Below are positions 30,952 to 40,506 of a stretch of DNA of 64,000 nucleotides, piece by piece. The notes beneath the pieces are model-generated. The model was not told the origin of the DNA, ran no database searches, and was given only the letters and a program-made list of their open reading frames with translations. The stretch is from Clostridia bacterium 41_269. Lineage in GTDB: Bacteria; Bacillota; DTU086. The position numbers were made by a program, and so were the translations under genes. Position 1 is the first letter of the stretch. Each line of letters starts with the position of its first letter. Location: contig LGEZ01000009.1 of NCBI GenBank assembly GCA_001508005.1, positions 2,493 to 66,492 of the forward strand, written 5' to 3'.

Positions 30952-31944
30952 ATGGTTAAGGCTTTATATGATTCTGATGCAGATTTGGAGCTTATTAAAG
31001 GAAAAACCATAGCTGTAATAGGCTATGGCAGTCAGGGACATGCCCAGGCCCAAAATCTGCGTGATAGTGGTTGTAATGTTATTGTGGGCTTAAGGGAAGG
31101 CAGCAAATCATGGGAAGCTGCGGAGAAGGATGGATTTGAGGTGCTGCCAACCTCAGAAGCAGCCCGCAGGGGGGATATCATTCAAATTTTAATTCCCGAT
31201 GAAGTACAGGGTGAGGTTTACAAAAAGGATATTGAGCCTAACCTATCTGAAGGTAATGCCCTATGTTTTTCCCATGGATTTAATATCCACTATGGACAGA
31301 TTGTTCCTCCCCAAAATGTGGATGTTTTCATGGTTGCACCCAAAAGCCCGGGTCATCTATTGAGAAGAATGTATAAAGAGGGTGCAGGGGTACCAGCCCT
31401 TCTGGCAGTTCATCAAGATTATACAGGCAAAGCAAGGGATTTGGGGCTGGCCTATGCTAAGGGAATAGGATGCACTAGGGCTGGAGTTATTGAAACCACT
31501 TTTCGCGAAGAGACAGAAAGCGATCTTTTTGGGGAACAAGCAGTTCTATGCGGCGGCGTCAGTCAGCTGATTAAAATGGGATTTGAGACCTTAGTTGAAG
31601 CTGGTTACAGCCCAGAAATAGCATATTTTGAATGTCTCCATGAACTTAAGCTTATTGTTGACCTAATATATGAAGGCGGATTGGGAATGATGCGTTATTC
31701 TGTAAGCGATACGGCTACATATGGTGATTTGACTCGGGGGCCTAGAATTATAAACGAACAGACACACGAGGAAATGAGAAAGATATTAAAGGAAATTCAA
31801 ACGGGAGAATTTGCCAAAGAGTGGATACTTGAAAACCGTGCCAACAGACCTGTTTACCGAGCTTTGGAAGCAAAAGAGAAGGATCATCCCATTGAAAAAG
31901 TGGGGGCAGAGCTGAGGGCAATGATGCCTTGGCTTAAAAAATAG
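30952..31944 (+). CDS. ilvC: ketol-acid reductoisomerase
   Basis: [39 protein letters not shown]. Confidence 0.97.
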   Translation: MVKALYDSDADLELIKGKTIAVIGYGSQGHAQAQNLRDSGCNVIVGLREGSKSWEAAEKDGFEVLPTSEAARRGDIIQILIPDEVQGEVYKKDIEPNLSEGNALCFSHGFNIHYGQIVPPQNVDVFMVAPKSPGHLLRRMYKEGAGVPALLAVHQDYTGKARDLGLAYAKGIGCTRAGVIETTFREETESDLFGEQAVLCGGVSQLIKMGFETLVEAGYSPEIAYFECLHELKLIVDLIYEGGLGMMRYSVSDTATYGDLTRGPRIINEQTHEEMRKILKEIQTGEFAKEWILENRANRPVYRALEAKEKDHPIEKVGAELRAMMPWLKK

Positions 31945-31991
31945 AACACCAAATTTGTGAATATGTCCTAAATATACAGAGGATAAGCTGG

Positions 31992-32021
31992 AGGATAAAC
32001 TTTTCCACCTCCGCATATCTT
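31992..32021 (+). promoter_or_regulatory. sigmaE-like promoter whose spacer is an anti-RBS
   Basis: AGGATAAA-N14-CATATCTT; 32001-32013 is the perfect complement of 32034-32046. Confidence 0.5.
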
Positions 32022-32045
32022 ATAAATACAGAACGGAGGTGGAAA

Positions 32046-32534
32046 ATGATGAATTTTTTTAGTTTTTTTAAATGGATTGAAAGGTTTTTAATAGCATGCA
32101 CAGTGCTTAGTTTTGCCCTTCTTATTTTAGGTCAATTTATGATGATCATAAATCCTGTGGATTTTTATATGAATTTTGCTGAAAAGATTGAAGGAAAAAC
32201 AGTTAATTTTTATGAAGAATTTCCTGAAATGAGGGTTGCTTCCCAAAATTTCCAGTCAGTTTTTGCCACTATAACGATAAGACTTGAAAACTTTTCATCC
32301 CTGGAAAAAGCAGTTCTTCTAATAAATGGGAAAGAAGTGGCGGATTTTAGAAAAAAGCAGGTTACAGTTAAGGTTTCACAGGGTGACGTGCTGGCAATTG
32401 ACGGTACATACTATGTTCATGATTTGACGTTTAAAGTTGTTTCTGTTTCTGAAAATGTTAGACAACCCAAAAAAGGGCAGATTGTTAATGTAAGTGGAGA
32501 TGTTGTTGTGATTGGCCCAGTGGAGCTTAAATAA
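32046..32534 (+). CDS. membrane-anchored hypothetical protein (likely sporulation-associated)
   Basis: N-terminal TM then beta-rich domain; strong RBS GGAGGTG. Confidence 0.7.
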   Translation: MMNFFSFFKWIERFLIACTVLSFALLILGQFMMIINPVDFYMNFAEKIEGKTVNFYEEFPEMRVASQNFQSVFATITIRLENFSSLEKAVLLINGKEVADFRKKQVTVKVSQGDVLAIDGTYYVHDLTFKVVSVSENVRQPKKGQIVNVSGDVVVIGPVELK

Positions 32535-32593
32535 GAGCTTTTATGTTTTAATATGTTTTAAAAAATTTATAAAAATGCTCCGGGGGTGAGAAG

Positions 32594-33007
32594 ATGAACT
32601 ACGGCAGCAAAGGGGTTGCAGCTACAGCGATTCAAATGGCTCTAACAGAAAATAGGGAGGAAGAAGCAAAACTTAAAAAAAAGTTTGCTGAAATTGGTAT
32701 TGCAGCAGCAGCTGTGGATTATGGTGGTGAATTTATAAATTCAGTTAAAAAAATAGTTGAAAGAGCGGTTGTAGCAGCCAAGAGGGAAGGAGTAATAAAG
32801 GAATCCCATTCTGAAGAAGGTGCTGTAGCTGGTGCTACGAGGGAAGCCTTATCTCAGATAGTACCCAAAGCTCTGGGATTAAATGTAGGTGGAAAAATTG
32901 GTATTGCCAGATATCAGGATCATATATCAGTGGCAATATTTTTTGGAATAGGCCTTCTGCATTTAGATGAAGTTGCCATAGGACTTGGACATAGAGCCAT
33001 TGGTTGA
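32594..33007 (+). CDS. hutP: HutP-family RNA-binding regulator
   Basis: AVVAAKREGVI...EGAVAGATREAL, GGKIGIAR, VAIFFGIG, GLGHRAI. Confidence 0.82.
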   Translation: MNYGSKGVAATAIQMALTENREEEAKLKKKFAEIGIAAAAVDYGGEFINSVKKIVERAVVAAKREGVIKESHSEEGAVAGATREALSQIVPKALGLNVGGKIGIARYQDHISVAIFFGIGLLHLDEVAIGLGHRAIG

Positions 33008-33032
33008 TTTCTGTATAGCTGGGGGATAAAAA

Positions 33033-33398
33033 ATGATTACAGTTGGTATACGGGGAGCTATAACAGTGGAAAAAAATACAAAGGAGTGCATTTTTGCTTC
33101 CACGAAGGAACTTGTCTCAGAAATTATGAAGCAGAATAACTTAAAGGAGCAGGATATTGCCAGCATTATTTTTACTGCAACCCCTGATCTCGATGCAGCC
33201 TTTCCTGCAGCTGCCGTCCGCGAAATGGGTTTAAATGAAGCTGCACTTTTGGATGCTGTAGAAATGAATGTTAAAAGCAGTATGCCTAGGGTAATAAGAG
33301 TGCTGATGCACGTAAATGTAAAAGAGGGTTTCAAACCAAAACATATTTACTTAAAAGAAGCAGTAAAATTAAGATCTGACATGTTTTGTAAAAAATAA
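33033..33398 (+). CDS. aroH: chorismate mutase, AroH type
   Basis: GIRGAITV, FTATPDLDAAFPAAAVR, HIYLKEAVKLR. Confidence 0.92.
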   Translation: MITVGIRGAITVEKNTKECIFASTKELVSEIMKQNNLKEQDIASIIFTATPDLDAAFPAAAVREMGLNEAALLDAVEMNVKSSMPRVIRVLMHVNVKEGFKPKHIYLKEAVKLRSDMFCKK

Positions 33399-33498
33399 AC
33401 AGATTTAAGCGTAAAAAAAAAGTCATATTTGTTTTTTTTTTTGAAAATTGCCAGCATTTATTATGTGTGATAATATAGCAGCAAACTAAATATGGGAA

Positions 33499-33546
33499 GA
33501 GTTGAGCTGAGATGAGATGAGATGAGGGGAGAGGAGCTGAGATGAG
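33499..33546 (+). promoter_or_regulatory. TRAP-type binding site in trp leader
   Basis: Ten GAG triplets in exact 5-nt phase. Confidence 0.85.
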
Positions 33547-33564
33547 GCTGGTGGTATTGGAGCG

Positions 33565-33595
33565 AAACCAGTGCTCATTTTAGCACTGGTTTTTT
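33565..33595 (+). terminator. trp attenuator terminator
   Basis: AAACCAGTGCT/AGCACTGGTTT stem plus T-tract; competes with antiterminator 33542-33578. Confidence 0.88.
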
Positions 33596-33631
33596 GTTTC
33601 TTTGATTAAAAAATTTTTAGGAGGCTGGTTC

Positions 33632-35116
33632 ATGAAACCTGGTTTAAATGAATTTTTAACTTTTGCCCAAAGGGAAAATATTGTTCCAGTATGGGATGAG
33701 ATAGATATATACGATGAGACTCCCATATCGGTTTTTGAAAAGATTGCTGATGAAAGAGAGATTTCATATCTTCTGGAAAGTGCTGATGCAGGAGAACAGG
33801 GTGCACGATATTCATTTATGGGTATTAAACCCATTGCCAAATTCAGTGCAAAAGGTTCCCTTATTAGAATAGAGGAGGAAGGATATGAACAAAAATGTTT
33901 TGGTAATCCCACAGCTCTATTAAAAAATTTTTTAAAAAAATATTATATCGATAACCAAACTGTAGATGATGTGGTGAATTTTTGCGGCGGCGCTGTGGGA
34001 TATCTATCTTATGACTGGGTTCGTTACCTTGAGAATATACCCATAAAGAGCATAGATGATCTGGGGCTGCCCGATGGTATGTTTATTATTTTTAAAATAA
34101 ATCTTTTGTTCGATCATCTAAAAAATACTTTAAAAATCATAGTTTTGACTAAAACAGAAAAAAATCCTGAAATGGAGTACAAGCAGGCCATATCTTTGAT
34201 AAACAGTATAAAAGAAAAAATTTACCGCCGTAATTGCTTAAAAGGCAGCGTAGAAATTAACGGGTGCGTTCCCAACATTATATTTTCTGCTACTTTAAAC
34301 CATGATGATTATGTGAAAGGTGTAAAAAAAATCCTTGAATATATAAGAGCAGGAGATATATTTCAAGCTGTTCTTTCAACCCGTCTGGAAACAAAAGTTG
34401 TGGAAAGCCCTCTAAAAATTTACAGATGCTTAAAAATGATCAATCCTTCTCCCTATATGTTTTACCTGAATTATCCAGGATTTCAGCTCATAGGTGCATC
34501 CCCTGAGATGCTTGTGAAAGTTGAAAAAGGAAAAATATACAATAGGCCCATTGCAGGCACCCGCCCCCGAGGCAGTAGTGAAGAAGAAGATAAGATCCTT
34601 GCGGAAGAACTTAAAAAGGATCCCAAAGAAAAGGCAGAACACATCATGCTTGTAGATCTTGCCAGGAATGATGTGGGTAGGACTGCGCAGTTTGGAACTG
34701 TTAGGGTGCCTGAACTGATGGCTGTTGAAAAATATTCCCATGTAATGCATTTAGTGTCTCTTGTGGAAGGCAGACTTGCAGAAGATAAAAATGCTGTGGA
34801 CGCCTTAATGGCATGTTTCCCTGCTGGTACTGTATCTGGGGCTCCTAAAGTGAGAGCCATGGAAATTATAGAAGAGCTGGAACCTGTGAGAAGGGGGCCC
34901 TATGCTGGATCGGTTGGTTATTTTAGTTTAAATGGAGATATGGATACCTGCATAACCATTAGGACTATCCTAATTAAGGATAATAGAGCCTATGTCCAGG
35001 TAGGAGCTGGAATTGTAGCAGATTCTAAACCTGATAAAGAATATGAGGAGTGTATTAATAAGGGAAAAGCGTTGATTTCAGCCCTGTATGCTGCTGAAAG
35101 GAGGGCTATTTCATGA
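33632..35116 (+). CDS. trpE: anthranilate synthase component I
   Basis: LLESA, GDIFQAVLS, NPSPYM, PIAGTRPRG, EHIMLVDLARND; ATG 33632 after AGGAGG. Confidence 0.95.
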   Translation: MKPGLNEFLTFAQRENIVPVWDEIDIYDETPISVFEKIADEREISYLLESADAGEQGARYSFMGIKPIAKFSAKGSLIRIEEEGYEQKCFGNPTALLKNFLKKYYIDNQTVDDVVNFCGGAVGYLSYDWVRYLENIPIKSIDDLGLPDGMFIIFKINLLFDHLKNTLKIIVLTKTEKNPEMEYKQAISLINSIKEKIYRRNCLKGSVEINGCVPNIIFSATLNHDDYVKGVKKILEYIRAGDIFQAVLSTRLETKVVESPLKIYRCLKMINPSPYMFYLNYPGFQLIGASPEMLVKVEKGKIYNRPIAGTRPRGSSEEEDKILAEELKKDPKEKAEHIMLVDLARNDVGRTAQFGTVRVPELMAVEKYSHVMHLVSLVEGRLAEDKNAVDALMACFPAGTVSGAPKVRAMEIIEELEPVRRGPYAGSVGYFSLNGDMDTCITIRTILIKDNRAYVQVGAGIVADSKPDKEYEECINKGKALISALYAAERRAIS

Positions 35117-35691
35117 TACTGGTCTGCGATAATTACGACTCTTTTACCTATAATCTCGTCCAGTATTTAGGTGAACTGGGTGCGGAAACCTTTGTTTTCA
35201 GAAACGATGAATTGAGACCTCAAGATTTTTGTAATCTGGAACAGTATGTCAGGGGCGTTGTAATTTCTCCTGGCCCCGGAAAACCTGAGGATGCGGGTAT
35301 ATCTATGGATCTGGTGAGATATTTTGCAGGCAGGGTACCGGTTCTGGGAATATGTTTGGGCCATCAGTGCATAGGCAGGGTTTTCGGGGGAGAAATTGTG
35401 CCTGCAAAAGCCCTTTTTCATGGAAAGACTTCTGAAATCAGGCATGATGGAAAAGTGCTTTTTGAAAATGTTTCAAACCCTTTTACAGCGACCAGGTATC
35501 ATTCCCTGGTCATTGACAGAAAGAAAATTCCTGCATGTCTGGAGGTGACTGCAGAGACGGAAGATGGAGAGGTAATGGGGGTGAGGCACAGGGATTTTAA
35601 AATTGAGGGTCTTCAGTTTCATCCTGAATCTATTTTGACTTTAGAGGGAAAAAAGATAATATCAAATTTTTTAAACATGTGTGCTGATTAG
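35113..35691 (+). CDS. trpG: anthranilate synthase component II (glutamine amidotransferase)
   Basis: DNYDSFTYNL, SPGPG, GICLGHQ, QFHPES. Confidence 0.95.
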   Translation: MILVCDNYDSFTYNLVQYLGELGAETFVFRNDELRPQDFCNLEQYVRGVVISPGPGKPEDAGISMDLVRYFAGRVPVLGICLGHQCIGRVFGGEIVPAKALFHGKTSEIRHDGKVLFENVSNPFTATRYHSLVIDRKKIPACLEVTAETEDGEVMGVRHRDFKIEGLQFHPESILTLEGKKIISNFLNMCAD

Positions 35692-35726
35692 AATAGCTGA
35701 GATCAGCTGAGATTAGCTGAGAGGAG
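35689..35726 (+). promoter_or_regulatory. NAG-repeat (TRAP-type) site spanning trpG stop to trpD RBS
   Basis: TAG aa TAG ct GAG at CAG ct GAG at TAG ct GAG ag GAG. Confidence 0.82.
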
Positions 35727-35734
35727 GAATTCAA

Positions 35735-36747
35735 GTGAGAGAATACATTGCAAAAATTTCCGATGGGGTTGATCTGACAGCATCTGAGGCTGAGCGTGCA
35801 ATGGAAATGATTATGGATGGAAATGCTACAGCTGCGCAAATAGGTGCTCTGCTTATGGGACTCAAACTAAAGGGAGAATCTTCTCAGGAAATTACTGGTT
35901 TTGCAAGGGCTATGAGGCGTCGAGCTTTGGGGTTTAAAGTACCCATGGATGTTGTGGATACCTGTGGTACTGGGGGGATTATGCAGAAACTTTTAATATA
36001 TCCACTGCTGCTGCTTTTGTGGCAGCTGGTGCAGGAGTTCCAGTAGCCAAACACGGAAACAGATCAGTGTCAAGCCGGTGTGGAAGTGCAGATGTCCTTG
36101 AAAGGTTGGGAGTAAATATTGACCTTGAACCGAAACATGCGGAAAAATGCCTTCGCGAAATAGGAATTTCCTTTCTGTTTGCTCCCAGATACCACAGAGC
36201 AACAAAAAATGCAATGGGACCAAGAAAGGAGTTGGGTATAAAAACTATTTTTAATATTTTAGGACCGTTAACCAATCCAGCGGGTGCAAGCAGTCAGGTT
36301 GTAGGTGTATTTGATCCTGAATTGACCGAGACAATAGCGGAGGTTCTTGCTGCACTGGGCACGAAAAGGGCATTTGTTGTCTGCGGTAGTGATGGTTTAG
36401 ATGAAGTTACGATAACGGGAACCACCAGGATTACAGAATTAAATGCAGGTTTTATTCAGACCTATGATTTCGATCCCAGGGAACTGGGCTTTAAATTAAG
36501 GAACATTGAAGATTTAAAAGGCGGTGATCCAGAGAAAAATGCTGAGATTCTTTTGAACGTGCTTGAAGGGGAAGAGGGGCCCAAAAGGGAAGCGGTGGTT
36601 TTGAATGCTGCCTTTGCCATTCTTGCCGGAAATAAGGCTTTTTCCCTTAAGGAAGCTGTAGAAAAAGCTGAGCACAGCATCGACAGCGGGGCAGCGCTAA
36701 AAAAGCTTTACGATCTGAAAAAATTTACAGGAAGCTGTGTTGCATAA
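35735..36747 (+). CDS. trpD: anthranilate phosphoribosyltransferase (frameshift in G6 run 35972-35977, probably sequencing error)
   Basis: One extra G restores DTCGTGGDYAETFNIST; then KHGNRSVSSRCGSAD. Confidence 0.9.
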
Positions 36748-37526
36748 TGCTGGATAAGATTATTATCAGTAAAAAAAAGAAACTTAAAGAGATTGTTTCC
36801 ATTGATTATCTTAGGAAACTGGAAAACAAAATTTTAAAACTACCTTCTCCAAAAGATTTCAAAGAAAGCTTAAAGAGAGAAAAGGGCGAGAAAATAAAAA
36901 TTATTGCTGAAATCAAGCGTGCTTCCCCTTCTAAAGGCTTAATTGCAGAAAATTTTGAACCCAAAAGATATGCAGGTGAATATGAAAGGGCAGGAGCAGC
37001 AGCGGTTTCTGTGCTTACTGAGGAGGATTATTTTCTAGGAAGTTTGATGCACCTGAATGAGGTGAGATCTGTCTGCAGTCTTCCTATTCTGAGAAAAGAT
37101 TTTATCCTTCACCCTGTTGAGATTTACGAAGCTCGTGCCTATGGATCAGATGCAGTGCTTTTAATAGTAAAGATTCTGGATAAAAAGAGTTTAAAAGCAC
37201 TGCTTAATCTAACAAGGGAACTTGAGATGCAGGCTCTTGTGGAAGTACATTCAGAAAAGGAGCTGGAATTAGCCCTTGAAGTTGGAGCTGAAATAATAGG
37301 TATTAATAACCGCAATCTTGAGGATTTTACTGTTGATTTTAGGGTTACAGAAAGGCTTGCTGAACTCATTCCAAATGATAAAGTAGCTGTTAGTGAAAGC
37401 GGGATTAAACATGCCCGTGAAGTGCGTTTTTTAGAAGCCTTGGGGATAGATGCAATTCTAGTTGGGGAAACCCTGATGCGAAGTCCCGATCCTTATCAAA
37501 CTTTAAAAAATTTTTTGGAGGAGTAG
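36747..37526 (+). CDS. trpC: indole-3-glycerol phosphate synthase
   Basis: IAEIKRASPSKG, LRKDFI, GINNRNL, SESGI. Confidence 0.95.
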   Translation: MLDKIIISKKKKLKEIVSIDYLRKLENKILKLPSPKDFKESLKREKGEKIKIIAEIKRASPSKGLIAENFEPKRYAGEYERAGAAAVSVLTEEDYFLGSLMHLNEVRSVCSLPILRKDFILHPVEIYEARAYGSDAVLLIVKILDKKSLKALLNLTRELEMQALVEVHSEKELELALEVGAEIIGINNRNLEDFTVDFRVTERLAELIPNDKVAVSESGIKHAREVRFLEALGIDAILVGETLMRSPDPYQTLKNFLEE

Positions 37527-37531
37527 GGATT

Positions 37532-38167
37532 ATGGTAAGGGTGAAAATATGCGGTATAAAAACCTTTGAAGATGCCCGGTATGCAGTGGAGTATGGTGCC
37601 CATGCCCTGGGATTCGTATTTTGTGAAAGCAGAAGAAGAATAGACCCCCTGATGGCCAGGGAAATTATAAGGTCCATTCCGCCCTTTGTGATGAAAGTGG
37701 GTGTTTTTATGGATCAAGATTTGGAATATGTTTTAAGTGTTGTGGATTTCTGCGGTTTGGATGCCGTTCAGCTTCATGGCACTGAAACCCCGCAGTACTG
37801 CAGCCAATTTGAAAAACTGCCCTGCCAGGTAATAAAGGCTTTCAGAGTTAAAGATGATGGTGTAATTGATGAAATTAAAAAATATAAAGTGGATGCCTAT
37901 CTGCTTGACAGCTGGGTCCGGGGCAAACCTGGGGGAACTGGGAAAAAATTTGATTGGGACATAGCAAAAAATATTGTAAAGAAAAGCAGCAGGCCGGTCA
38001 TTCTTGCAGGGGGGCTAAATGAAAAAAATGTGGCAAAAGCGGTAATGGAGGTTTCTCCCTATGCTGTGGATGTAAGCAGTGGTGTTGAAAGTTCTGGAAA
38101 GAAAGATAAAAACAAAATAATTCGTTTTATGAATGAAGTGAGGAGGATTAATCTTGCAATTGCATAG
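37532..38167 (+). CDS. trpF: phosphoribosylanthranilate isomerase
   Basis: [33 protein letters not shown]. Confidence 0.95.
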   Translation: MVRVKICGIKTFEDARYAVEYGAHALGFVFCESRRRIDPLMAREIIRSIPPFVMKVGVFMDQDLEYVLSVVDFCGLDAVQLHGTETPQYCSQFEKLPCQVIKAFRVKDDGVIDEIKKYKVDAYLLDSWVRGKPGGTGKKFDWDIAKNIVKKSSRPVILAGGLNEKNVAKAVMEVSPYAVDVSSGVESSGKKDKNKIIRFMNEVRRINLAIA

Positions 38168-39344
38168 ATCGGCATACTTTGGAGAATACGGTGGACAGTT
38201 TGTGCCTGAAACTGTTATGCCCGCTTTAAAGGAACTCGAGGAAGAGTACTATAAAGCTGTGAATGATGAAAATTTCAAAAGGGAACTGAATTATTATCTT
38301 AGGGAATATGTGGGCAGACCCACTCCGCTCTATTATGCTGAACGGCTGTCAGAAAAGCTTGGAGGAGCAAGAATATATCTCAAAAGGGAAGATCTGAACC
38401 ACACGGGTGCCCACAAAATAAACAATACCATAGGTCAGGCACTCCTCGCATTAAGAATGGGAAAAACAAGGGTGATTGCGGAAACGGGTGCTGGGCAGCA
38501 TGGGGTTGCTACAGCAACTGCGGCGGCTTTGTTTGGGCTTCAGTGCCAGATATTTATGGGAGAAGAAGATATGAAGCGGCAAGAGCTTAATGTTTTCCGT
38601 ATGGAACTATTGGGAGCCGAGGTGGTGCCCGTAAAAAGCGGAACCCGTACCTTAAAGGATGCTACCAATGAAGCTATTAGGGATTGGGTTACCAACGTTA
38701 GAAATACCCACTATATAATCGGTTCAGTGGTAGGCCCCCATCCATATCCCACTATTGTGAGGGATTTCCAGAAAATTATAGGGGAAGAAATTAGAAAGCA
38801 GTTTCAAGAAATAGTGGGCGGCTGTCCCGATTATATCATTGCTTGTGTTGGAGGCGGCAGTAATGCCATGGGTACTTTTTACCCCTTTATTGAGCAGAAG
38901 AAGGTACGGCTGATAGGAGTTGAAGCTGCGGGCTGTGGCATATCAACAGGAAAACATGCTGCATCCTTAAGTGCAGGCAGTCGGGGTATTCTCCATGGTA
39001 CCCTAACATACATTCTTCAGGATGAGTTTGGGCAGATTGAACCTGCTCATTCCATATCTGCAGGTCTTGACTACCCGGGAGTAGGTCCTGAGCATGCTTT
39101 TTTAAAAGACAAAGGGCGTGTGGTATATACTTCAGTAACGGATTATGAAGCCCTTGAGGCTTTTCATCTGCTGGCCAAAACTGAAGGCATACTGCCTGCC
39201 CTGGAGAGTGCCCATGCTTTAGCTTATGCAGCGAAAATAGCTCCTAAACTGAAAGAAGATAATACTATCGTTGTTACACTGTCGGGAAGAGGGGATAAAG
39301 ATGTACAGTGTGTGCTGGAACAGAAAAGGAGGAAAGGAAATTGA
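38154..39344 (+). CDS. trpB: tryptophan synthase beta chain (TrpB1)
   Basis: [35 protein letters not shown]. Confidence 0.97.
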   Translation: MQLHRSAYFGEYGGQFVPETVMPALKELEEEYYKAVNDENFKRELNYYLREYVGRPTPLYYAERLSEKLGGARIYLKREDLNHTGAHKINNTIGQALLALRMGKTRVIAETGAGQHGVATATAAALFGLQCQIFMGEEDMKRQELNVFRMELLGAEVVPVKSGTRTLKDATNEAIRDWVTNVRNTHYIIGSVVGPHPYPTIVRDFQKIIGEEIRKQFQEIVGGCPDYIIACVGGGSNAMGTFYPFIEQKKVRLIGVEAAGCGISTGKHAASLSAGSRGILHGTLTYILQDEFGQIEPAHSISAGLDYPGVGPEHAFLKDKGRVVYTSVTDYEALEAFHLLAKTEGILPALESAHALAYAAKIAPKLKEDNTIVVTLSGRGDKDVQCVLEQKRRKGN

Positions 39345-40198
39345 AGTCTTTAAAAAAAGAACTGATCCCGGCATCAGCTGAAGAAAGAGGTATATCGCGG
39401 GGAGAAAGACTGGAACAGCTTTTTTATGAAAAGAGAGAAATTAATGAGAAGGTATTAATAATTTACTTGTGTGCTGGCTATCCTGATTTGGATTTCAGCA
39501 GAGAACTTATTTTGACTGCTGTAAAAGCTGGGGCTGATATTATAGAAGTTGGGATTCCCTTTTCCGATCCCCTGGCAGACGGACCTGCGATACAGCATGC
39601 ATCACAGCAGGCCCTTCTCAAAGGAATGAATGCTGCCAAGGCTTTAGAGATGGCTGCTGATATAAAAAAATGCACAAAAATTCCACTTTTGCTGATGTCT
39701 TACTACAACCCCATTTACAGATACGGACTGGAAAAATTCTGCGGAGATGCTTTTAAGGCAGAAGTAGATGGTATTATTGTCCCCGATCTTCCTGTGGAAG
39801 AATCTGAGAAGCTTGTATCCATAACAAGAAATTTTGGGCTGGGATTTGTTCCTCTGGTTTCACCCACCAGCACTTTAGAAAGGCTGAAAAGAATATCTAA
39901 AACTGCACTGGGCTTTATATACTGTGTTTCCACAACAGGCACTACGGGCAGCACCATTCGTTCCTTTGGAGATGCAAAAGAAATGGCTGAAAAGCTCCGC
40001 AGCATTACTCAAAAACCCACAGCCCTTGGCTTTGGTATCGAGGGACCGGAACATGTTAGAATGGCAGCTCCTATGTTTGATGGGATTATTGTAGGAAGTG
40101 CAGTTATTCGAATTATTGAACATTTTAAAAAAAGCAGAGAATCCTGTTTTAAAGAAGTGGGCGAATTTATTTCTTCACTTAAAAAAGCATGCAGATAA
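39341..40198 (+). CDS. trpA: tryptophan synthase alpha chain
   Basis: [37 protein letters not shown] 39341 overlaps trpB stop. Confidence 0.95.
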   Translation: MKSLKKELIPASAEERGISRGERLEQLFYEKREINEKVLIIYLCAGYPDLDFSRELILTAVKAGADIIEVGIPFSDPLADGPAIQHASQQALLKGMNAAKALEMAADIKKCTKIPLLLMSYYNPIYRYGLEKFCGDAFKAEVDGIIVPDLPVEESEKLVSITRNFGLGFVPLVSPTSTLERLKRISKTALGFIYCVSTTGTTGSTIRSFGDAKEMAEKLRSITQKPTALGFGIEGPEHVRMAAPMFDGIIVGSAVIRIIEHFKKSRESCFKEVGEFISSLKKACR

Positions 40199-40210
40199 GA
40201 AAATTTTGTA

Positions 40211-40239
40211 TTGTAACAATTTAAAACCTGTGCTACTAT
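40211..40239 (+). promoter_or_regulatory. sigmaA promoter of aroF operon
   Basis: TTGTAA-N17-TACTAT with TG extension. Confidence 0.65.
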
Positions 40240-40283
40240 ACCCTTTAAAAGAGTTTTAAATATTGATTTAATTTGAAATTTGG

Positions 40284-40404
40284 GGCAGAACGGCGTAGGC
40301 TTTTGTACAGTTTTTTGGAAGATTGGTAGGACGGTAGGGGCAGATGGGATTATACTGCCGTTTTGCCGTAATCACTCCTACCTTTCTTCAAGGAGTGATT
40401 TTTT
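40284..40404 (+). promoter_or_regulatory. attenuator-like leader RNA upstream of aroF
   Basis: Stem 40284-40297/40353-40367, terminator 40370-40379/40391-40400 plus T-tract, mutually exclusive antiterminator pairing. Confidence 0.7.
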
Positions 40405-40506
40405 GATTTCCCGTCTGCTTAATAAAAAAAGGGGGTGTAAAAAAAGAAATTTTATTAGTATTTCCCGGATTTATCAATACTACGGAAGAACGGAGGTTGA
40501 TTTAAA

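Noticed and set aside
33499..33546. GAGAT-like run as microsatellite or CRISPR
   Set aside because: Spacer dinucleotides vary while GAG phase is fixed, and it is coupled to a terminator; no spacers or cas genes
39320..39400. Purine-rich trpA start as a fourth NAG array, and the roughly 20-aa TrpA N-terminal extension
   Set aside because: Triplets are not in 5-nt phase; extension has no recognisable motif
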